NCBI RefSeq assembly: GCF_001194135.2
Contig: NC_068998.1
Span: 53,227,097-53,291,096 of the forward strand
DNA: 64,000 nucleotides
Reading direction: 5' to 3'
Origin: Octopus bimaculoides
Taxonomy: Eukaryota
The translations under genes and the position numbers were made by a program. The notes under the pieces were generated by a model. The model was given only the letters and a program-made list of their open reading frames with translations, was not told where the DNA came from and ran no database searches. Positions 54,450-64,000 of the stretch are shown in pieces; position 1 is the stretch's first letter, and every line of letters begins with the position of its first letter.

Positions 54450-54558
54450 AGGGCGGTGAGCTGGCAGAATCGTTAGTACGCAGGGCGAAATGCTTAGCGG
54501 CATTTCGGATGCTGTTACGTTCTGCGTTCAAATTCCGCCGAGGTCGACTTTGCCTTTA
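54450..54558 (+). mobile_element. SINE family A, 3'-truncated
   Basis: gggcggtgagctggcagaatcgttagtacgcagggcgaaatgcttagcggcatttcg…gttcaaattccgccgaggtcgactttgcctt. Confidence 0.92.
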
Positions 54559-56143
54559 TCTTTAACACAAAATGCAAACCCTTTTTAGTTGCACCCGCAA
54601 GAAATGACACTCATTAAAATAACACTCACGCAAATATTTAAAACGATATATTCAAAACAGTCGCCTCAAAAATTTATTCAGAACGATTTCAATCACTACT
54701 GTCATCCATAACGAGTCACTTGGCCATTCAAGTGGATTCCATCAAATCCTGCTACTGTCATACCACTCCCGCATTCTTTTCTTCTTCTTCTTCTCCGCGC
54801 TCTTCTTTCTTTACTATTGCTGCTGCTTAAACAAGAATTCATATCAAACTAGCTGCTTGCCAACTACCTAGAACCCACAAGAGTGAAAAAGAGAGACAGA
54901 GACAGGACGAAAAAAGGTAAATGTCCCTTGCATTTGAAAACTATGGAAATATATTGTTTTAAAACACATTTCATTTCATATTTCCACACTTTAATTGTTT
55001 TTGTTAGTTTACTCTAAGTTGAAAAAGTCGCAATGACTGAAACCGGTATTAAAATGTTCTTCATGATGAAATTAGTTTAATATTTTCTACCTTGTTATAT
55101 TTTCCTCATACATGCACGCAATTGCCTTTACAATTTCTGTTTTCTGCTGAAAGATATGCCTCAATAGTATTCGTGTGTTGATATTCAGAAGTGGAATTTT
55201 CATTATTTACGCTACGATAATTTTGAAACGGTTCTGAGATTTAAAAGCTTATGATGCTATCTCCTAATATATGTGAATTAATATGCCGTATAACATATTT
55301 GTGATGGTAATTTTCATAGTCACAGTTGATGTTATTTTTTTAACAAGTCAAATAATAATTTCGTCTGTTTGAATACAGACAATTTGAGGAGGGGCATAAA
55401 GATGAAGAATTTAACTATAGTTTATTCTGTATTAAAATATATCGATTGACATGAGTGCTACGGATTTATGTTGATTAGCATTATTGAATGTTACTGAGAC
55501 TTGTGCTGCTTTAGCTAGATAATTGGGAATTAATGAAAATATATCCAAATATTTGACGTAATTCGGAAAGGTAATCCATAGCGTTAGGATAATAAGATAT
55601 ATTAAATGTCGGTTTATGTGATATTCAGTTGAATACTTGAGAATTTGGACAGTAATTTTGCATTAAATTTCTAAATTACTGAGTTAAGAAATAAGGACTC
55701 ATAAATATTTATAGTATTAGATGTACTTTATATGTTTATATTCTCTGTATTGATCCTAACTTTATATTTTTAGTCCTTTTTCAAACAACTTTTTTCTGTT
55801 GTATATGGATGTTATTTGAGGCGATAATATCTACTAACAGGGTTCTGTCAAACTCTAATCGAATACGTACAGCGCAAGAATGTTTGTGAATGTACCAGAA
55901 ATACCAGAATTTACTTAAACTTAGACAACGTGTTTACAGTTCTATTAGCGAACGTGTGTGTTAGCAAGAATCTGAGGGAGTTATAGAGAATTACAAAAAT
56001 TTCTCCCTTTACGTTTTTCAACAAACATCATTAACAGATAATTTGATATCATTAAGGCTGACTTTGTAAGCAATAACAAGTATTATGCTAGTTTGCGTCA
56101 ATGGAGCACCGCCCTTTGACGGATCTTATTTTTCGTTACTCAC

Positions 56144-56209
56144 GGTGTTCAACACTTAGCCTCCTCACCAAGCAAGCTTCATGGTGTTGCCAGTTTAGTC
56201 GCCTTCAGG
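56144..56209 (-). other. Candidate non-coding (5' UTR or lncRNA) exon containing a uORF (MKLAW*)
   Basis: Very strong acceptor tcttttcttttgctctacag| and donor acc|gtgagtaa. The 66 nt have stops in all three frames and contain accATGaagcttgcttggTGA. Confidence 0.4.
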
Positions 56210-57035
56210 CTGTAGAGCAAAAGAAAAGATCTTCGTGAAATAAAGAAAAACTTTAGTTAATTTTACTTACTAGAGAAATGGTCCCAGTTTCATATCTTTC
56301 AGTTGAACTACATGGTGACAAAGAAAATTGAAAATAATAATTTATGTTAGTAAAATTGAACTAGGATAGTTTAGGGTCAGAAAATGAAAACCACTTCACT
56401 AATGCCTACAGTAGTTTTTAGTTTTGTTACAGTAATTTCTGGGATTAAATCATCCAATCGCAATAGAATTTGTATTGCATCAACATTTGATCATCAAAAG
56501 TGGAGACATATTTTGTTACACGTTTTAAACATAATTGATATTCGATCTTCAGAAGTTGACTTTCAGAAAGGCATATATTATTTCAGAAAATCTAATCACG
56601 ACCGGTTGTTAATATATGGACGGAAGCAAGAGATCAATGCCCAAATAAAGACACATTATAAAGCTAGTGCTGTAAATGAATTTCTGCTACACTGTTTTAC
56701 CTTCATTTTCATTCTATCGACAAAAAAAGACTCTTGCTAGTTTACGTCAGAGGCAAAGAGAACTTGCGAAATAATCCTCAGGAAAAAAAAAATGGTGATT
56801 TTTCCATTGTTATCTGTTTTCGATGCTAGTGTTATGTGGGGAGTGACCTATTTTCTAGGCGTTGCTGCTTCAACGGGGTTCGTTTACATTTGTAATGGTG
56901 ACTATTTTGTTTGAAATAGAGAAAAACAAATGTTGTTATCAAAGTCAGTCAGTTGGAAGTGTGACGTGTTTTCAATAAAGAAGATAGTGTCTAGTAAAGA
57001 GAAGGACACATAGCTAGCTAGAGGGAAAGAGAGAC

Positions 57036-57076
<41 letters not shown>

Positions 57077-57319
57077 TAGAAAAACAGACAGTGAGCTATA
57101 TGCACTTTAGGCAGATTTATTGACCATTGTTCAAATGGTGATTTCAATTTCAGCCGAAAAATTCAATAAGCTTCCAATGGAAATACATAATCATTGCGAT
57201 TCTTGTTCTTTGAACGTATTTGAATGTATTGAATAATTATACTTCTGTTACACATCAACTCATATAAGTTGTTGCATACTCTTTCACTGACACTCACTCC
57301 GGGCACACAAAACACACAT

Positions 57320-57348
57320 ATATGTATGTATATATATATGGATATATG

Positions 57349-57399
<51 letters not shown>

Positions 57400-57864
57400 N
57401 NNNNNNNNNNNNNNNNNNNNNNNNNNNNNNNNNNNNNNNNNNNNNNNNNNNNNNNNNNNNNNNNNNNNNNNNNNNNNNNNNNNNNNNNNNNNNNNNNNNN
57501 NNNNNNNNNNNNNNNNNNNNNNNNNNNNNNNNNNNNNNNNNNNNNNNNNNNNNNNNNNNNNNNNNNNNNNNNNNNNNNNNNNNNNNNNNNNNNNNNNNNN
57601 NNNNNNNNNNNNNNNNNNNNNNNNNNNNNNNNNNNNNNNNNNNNNNNNNNNNNNNNNNNNNNNNNNNNNNNNNNNNNNNNNNNNNNNNNNNNNNNNNNNN
57701 NNNNNNNNNNNNNNNNNNNNNNNNNNNNNNNNNNNNNNNNNNNNNNNNNNNNNNNNNNNNNNNNNNNNNNNNNNNNNNNNNNNNNNNNNNNNNNNNNNNN
57801 NNNNNNNNNNNNNNNNNNNNNNNNNNNNNNNNNNNNNNNNNNNNNNNNNNNNNNNNNNNNNNNN

Positions 57865-57904
<40 letters not shown>

Positions 57905-57964
57905 GTGTGTGTATATGCGAGCGTCTATGTATGTATATATGCATATATATACACACCCATGCAG

Positions 57965-58009
<45 letters not shown>

Positions 58010-58010
58010 T
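57320..58010. repeat. (TA)n and (CA)n arrays around the largest gap
   Basis: Direct observation; the 233-313 aa ORFs here run through Ns. Confidence 0.97.
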
Positions 58011-58438
58011 ATATTTGTCTTGAAACTCAGTGTTGTATGGTATCAAATTATTTTGTCTCTTTCGCTACAAAACACAATCCCTCTTCCTCCGCATCGAATT
58101 CTATTGTGAAGAGTAAAAATTTGCATTATATTTTAAACGAGGAGAAATATCGCTGGAGGCTAATTGGAATAATTATAGCATTATCTCTGAAAGGACATCT
58201 TCCATTATAATATAATTTGAAAGCGTCGAAATGTTCTTTGCTCCAATTTTTCTACGTCAGAATCAACTGCAAATCTTTGTAATTTGAATCTCTCAACAGG
58301 AATAACTCTATCAAATAATTCTTTACGATTGTTTTCATTGCATCACGTATAATACGTACGTGCACTCTCATTCATACGCACAACTACATGCATGCATACG
58401 TACATGCATAAATACATACGTGCATACATACGTACATG

Positions 58439-58490
<52 letters not shown>

Positions 58491-61400
58491 GAGAGAGAGA
58501 AAGAGTAAACGAGAGATGTACATGTGTGTGTGTGTTTGTATTTGCGTATGATGTGTGCATATTCAGCTTTACAAAACATTAAATAAAGAGTGTTTGATAA
58601 TTCCCAGGTATACTATTTGTGATATATCTGCAGGATGTTCTAACAGAAAGGTATTTAAATTCTTGTCTTATAAGTATACCTCTGCTTGAACAAAAACAAT
58701 TATTTTACAATGAATATGACGATGCTATTGGACTATTCATTGAAGTAAGGAATTTGGATAAACACGATTTATGTTTGCACCCATAGAAGCGGGAAACAAT
58801 TGGTTAGCACTTAACCAATTCTGCAAAAGTATATGAAATATAACCCAAATAGGATTCCAGCACTGCTTTCCTGTTGAAGTCGATAGAGAATGAGATACTC
58901 AGGCGTCTTAAACTTTTCGACAATGTAAACTATCATTATTAGTGTTGTGGCTATATAGAAAATTGGATATTACTCATCATCTTTGCAACTATGTATCTTT
59001 ACACACTCTCTATATTAGTATTAGCTGAGGTCACATATGAAACATATTGAACTGACAATTCATTTGAAATCTATCGTCATTACCATCATTTCAGATGAAG
59101 GAAATGTGATCATCAAATGCTTGTTTCAAATAGTAGATGTGGTTTTTAAGCATTTAATAGCTTGAAAATTAAAAGTGAGATATTGTTTGTAAATCAAGGG
59201 TGACAGATGTAATCCATCTTTGCTCCGTCTTGCACGTTATAGCAAGTATTCGGCTCGACCTTTCCCCGGAATAAATACCCGTCTTTGCTCTCGTTCAATG
59301 CTCTTGAAATGAAGGCTCTGCGAGCTGCTATTCTTACTTCGGTCTTGATCTAAGCAGAAACATATAACATATAAAATGTGTTAACGTTTTTCTATAATGT
59401 TTCCTTGGTTCAAGAACATTACGAATTGCTACAATTTGTTTGCTGGTTCATTTTGAGATAAATTTTTCTGACGTGGGAATAAGGCTTGTGATAATGCTAG
59501 ATCGTTTATAATTCTATGTAAGCTACACCCGTTAAAATATTCTAAATAATTCTTCCAATTACGCGCGTAACACGTGTCTCCAAAGTGCTCTAATGTCTTG
59601 TGGTTTCACTTGTTCTATGCCCTTTCGTTGTCATTCTCTTCTCAGAAAGCTACGTGCAGTCCTTCGAGTTGTAGAGAAATAGGTGTACTTACCATAGATT
59701 GAGTATAACATCACTAACTGCGATAGACTTTGAGATAAACTAAGAAATATTCTCAGTGCAACCATAAAGGATTGTATGAGAACTTAAATCTATAGCTATA
59801 GCACATAATCTAAATCTCAGAAAGCACCAAACAAAGTATACAAACCATAGCCAAAGAACCTAAATCACTCCACAGAGATTCGCAATATACTTATACAAAA
59901 TTATATAAACTAAGCGAAAAATTTAGAAACAACTTTCAAATTTTAAGTGAATTGTTAACAATATCTATTGTTTAAACTATATTAGACCGATTTTTATCGA
60001 TACAGACATCTACTAATCTCATTAGGCTCTAATGCTTAAACATCTAACGAAATTGTTCGGAAAGCTACTAGGTGGGTATGTACAAATCTACCTTACCACT
60101 TCTTCATGTATGTTATCTAGTTCCTAGAATTAACTTACAGCGAATTTTAGATTCATTGATCATTGTTATTGAATTCATTCTATTCTTGGTTAAATTTACT
60201 CATGCTCGAATGGATCGTATAATTCGAAGCAATGTAAACCTCTTATATACATTTCTTATTGCTAACCACCCGACTATAATGTCCAAGGCGAAGCAGCATT
60301 AAGTCAAGCAAGCTAAAGCGAACACATATATAAACTTGTCCGCTTCTACAAAATATTGTTGTTTAACTACAATCAGCTTTCATTGAGCAAATGCATTCCC
60401 ACCATGATTGTCCCGTTTTATCTCTCAAACTTAAATTCCAGCTGACACTACTTCTTTGAAACAATGATAGGATATAGTTTTCAAGTAATTTTGCTGTTAT
60501 ATCAAATATGTCAAGCGAATATGAAGAGACTACAACTGTTGCTTGGAGTAGTGTTCGTCTCCTGTCCGAAACGTGTGTTTACGATACACTATCTTGTAGC
60601 AACGAGCCTACATGAATAGCTGGCAATTCATTAGTACAAATGTTGAGGTCTTGTTCTAGAGGCTGTAGGTCCCAAGACGTAATTATTTGCTGCTTAAAGA
60701 AATACAGATATCTAGGGAAAATTAAGGTAACTGTGTTATAAAAAAAATCATCACTTGGTTGCTCGACATTATTTCTTGCGTAAATCGTTTATACAGCGAC
60801 AGCACAAATAATGTCCATATGTATGAATATAATGCCAGTAAAGCTAGCAAATGTTGAATATTTATGTCCATAGATGTGGGTACAGTCCTTTACCTAACTG
60901 AGACGAATTAAGAATGCAGGTAAAATTCTATTCTACTTTCCCATGTAATAGATAAGAATCAAGTAATTATAAGATACATTTTATGAAGTGTTCCAGGTAA
61001 GACAAATCCAGACAAACAATAATTTGAATATGATCAAATAAAACTCACAATACCTTGTCAACATTTCAGGAAGGGGATGAACATTGAGTAGTCGATCTTC
61101 TGTCTATTTAGTCTATAAACATCTATATCGTTTTGCATTGTAAAACAAGGGAATAAATAAAGCATTAATTTTGTTAGCTTAAAAAATCCCCAACAAACTG
61201 TTTTTTGTTGCAATGCTATGAGCACTGCTGATGATTTCTGGCCATATCTTTCAGATCCGCTGATTGTATAGATTGCCAGTGACCCTATTGTATTTAATAG
61301 TGCTTAGTAATGGTACATTTATATAGACAACTGAAGAGTGTTTCAGGTAGTGCTTACTACAGATGACACATACTATATTAATTCATAGCTTAAACAGGCA

Positions 61401-62176
61401 AGAGGATATTGAAGTGAACAGCTAAATTGTACTTATATCGTTAGAGATGCAAGCAAACTTTTGAAATGTATCGATCTTTCGAAAATCTCAAGCTGTCATC
61501 TCTTAAAAGTAGGTTGCATTCTGTGTACTGTAAGAGGTCATTTTGTCTATAATGGTATCTTTGTTTACAGTTGGTAAAAATAGGAAAAAATAATAGGTCT
61601 TCTATTACGCTATATCTCGGAAGCTATCTACCTTGTGTTAATATAAACTTTAGATATTTTGACACCGGTGAAAACAGTGGCTTTATCTTCAATGAACAAC
61701 GCATTAAGATAATACTATTAGCATAGCGCAGCAAGTCTGTAATGATTATGGCTTACAAAAAGGGTATAATATAACTAATGATAAGTGGAAGATTTACGAA
61801 ATTTATATCAAAGTCATTCTGCAACTTAAACAGCAACTGGGATCGTTATAAGCATTCAACAATAACAAGAAAAGTTTGGAACTACAACCAACACATAAAA
61901 CACAGGTTAAGTTTTGGAAAATTAAAATATCATCTCGATTTTCGTACAACCAAGCACCACTTTCGCATTTCCAAGTTCAGTTTTGATAGTGACCAGTGAC
62001 CGTCTTGCAAGAAAAGAAGTGACATAGACCTGTTGCTTAGCACTTAATGCCGAACAATCGTGGGTATCAGTTTGACTCGATTGCCACTACAACTCTAGTA
62101 CAGCTAATCTATTACATCTACAGGCTGAGGAGAGGGAGGTGGAACAGAAAACAAGTGGACAAAGATCAAGTGGAGT

Positions 62177-62227
<51 letters not shown>

Positions 62228-62794
62228 AATAATCCATATATGGAATTTATAAAAAAAGATTAATGCGTCGCTACGCGCGTTTCCACAAGTTGCATGACTT
62301 TTAAAAGTCACAGTCAGTATTTCTGGGATGATTACAGTGTAGCTGATAGTATTCATGAGCATCTGGTTTATCATCATCATTCCTTCATTCCTTCAAGCGA
62401 TATAACATCAGTGGATGGGTGTGCGCGCGTGCGTGTTTGTGTGTGTGTTGTAAAACCTGGATGTAAAGCGTCGTCCAACTAATTTGGAAACGTAACTCGC
62501 TTTTACTGCAGCGACTGACGTGTAACCGCCGCTCATCCCTTGAACCTCTCATTCAACAACGCTCACGCCTCTGACCTAGGTGCCGTTTGTTTCTCAATGT
62601 TTGATTTCCAGAACTTCAGACCTCTCGTATTACTTTCCATCACAGGTTTTCCATACACTCAACTTGCATATGTTTAACATCAACCACAGCTACCATACTA
62701 ATACTTGAGGACTCCGATTTGTATGAGATGACTTTAAGAAACCAACGACAAATTTTAATTGATAATTACAAGTTTCCTAAACTACCATTTTGTG

Positions 62795-62869
<75 letters not shown>

Positions 62870-63496
62870 AACACGATATTAACCTATCAGAAATATATGA
62901 AAGAAAAGGGTTAAATTTTAAAAAATAATAATTAAAAACAGCTCCCATTGTTATATATTAGTTCTCATGTTTTTTTTATCTTCAGGTAATCCTTATATAA
63001 TCTTTATAGTTTTGCATCGTGAATAAATTGAATCTTTCTCAGAAAGATTAATCTATTAATCTAAATTTTGAGAAGTTTCTCGTTTTGTTTCTAAGCTATT
63101 CATGTGCAAATGATCCTACCAACAATAGTATTGATTAAAATAGAAAGATTTGAATAGCAAAATTTGGACGACAAAAAACAGTATTCAATGAACAATTTAG
63201 CTTATTTTAGAGAATTATGATCACCTGAATTTTCAAATTGATTCACACCAGTCTCTAAGATACTATTCAAATGAAACTGAATAGCACAGTAAAGAGCATA
63301 AGCAATCTTTGAGTGGCATTTCTGCGACAATTTTGCTGTTACACAAAATTCATCTGTTCTTAACAAGTGCTTATTTCCAGCCAGCTACTTTAGACACTAA
63401 AGCTGATATTGATCTGTGTTTGAGGGATGTGATTAGATACAGCCATGTTGACATATATGTATACACACACATAGACACACTCACAGAGAAATATAT

Positions 63497-63497
<1 letters not shown>

Positions 63498-63595
<98 letters not shown>

Positions 63596-63597
63596 TG
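63498..63597. repeat. (TG)n array adjoining a SINE B head
   Basis: Direct observation. Confidence 0.97.
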
Positions 63598-63599
63598 TA

Positions 63600-63722
63600 T
63601 ACGACGTGCTACCTAATCCACTGACAATGCTGTGCTCATCGCCAGGCTATAGAAGTCACTTGCCTGATGTGCCACCCAGGGGGAGTGGACCCAGAGTTAT
63701 GTGCCTGAAATGCAAACTTATG
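63600..63722 (-). mobile_element. SINE family B head, diverged
   Basis: acgacgtgctacctaatccactgacaatgct…gccaggctatagaagtcacttgcctgatgtgcc…gtggacccagagttatgtg…gcaaactt aligns to the family B head. Confidence 0.75.
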
Positions 63723-64000
63723 TGCGTGTGTGTGTGTGCGCGCGCGCGTCTGTGCTTATGTATGCCTGTGTCTGTGTGTCCGTGTGTACTGGTGTGAGTT
63801 GTGTTGTGTGTGTGCTTGTGTGCTTATGTCTATGTGTGTATTGATGTTTGTATTTAGGTTTACAGATAGATAGATAGATAGATATAGACAGATAAATCGA
63901 CATATGTGCATACATATATATATATATATCTATATATATATATATCTATATATATATATATATATATATACATATATATTTATTTAAACACACACACAAA

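Noticed and set aside
56384-56740. 118-aa plus-strand ORF with a signal-peptide-like start
   Set aside because: AT-rich, no recognisable motif and no supporting context; an ORF of this length can occur by chance in 64 kb.

Overview
This is AT-rich eukaryotic DNA, almost certainly a coleoid cephalopod (Octopus-like). That call is inference from my recognition of the SINE/LINE families, the very dense dinucleotide microsatellites, and eight short N-gaps typical of a short-read assembly. I find no intact, recognisable protein-coding gene, and no rRNA, tRNA gene or CRISPR array. Most ORFs in the supplied track are microsatellite or N-gap artefacts. What is well supported is a fossil record of mobile DNA: (1) about 18 full or partial tRNA-derived SINE copies in three families, called A, B and C here; (2) a CR1-group LINE 3' end at 6.9-7.2 kb (-); (3) an internally deleted mariner transposase at 42.4-43.1 kb (+); (4) a Penelope-like reverse-transcriptase fragment with a GLYRDD core at 46.6-47.4 kb (-); (5) an RTE LINE fragment at 48.4-48.9 kb (+) in which a 23-bp minisatellite has arisen from its own coding sequence. 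There is also a ~1 kb intronless decayed reading frame at 14.1-15.1 kb (+) that appears to belong to an uncharacterised multi-copy octopus protein family. A few isolated candidate exons have good splice signals; the best pair is on the minus strand at 56.1-56.2 kb and 45.6-45.8 kb, and none could be assigned by homology. I did not find a convincing new biological system. The most interesting leads are the decayed lineage-specific ORF, the LINE-born minisatellite, SINEs acting as microsatellite nurseries, and inverted SINE pairs that could be A-to-I editing substrates.
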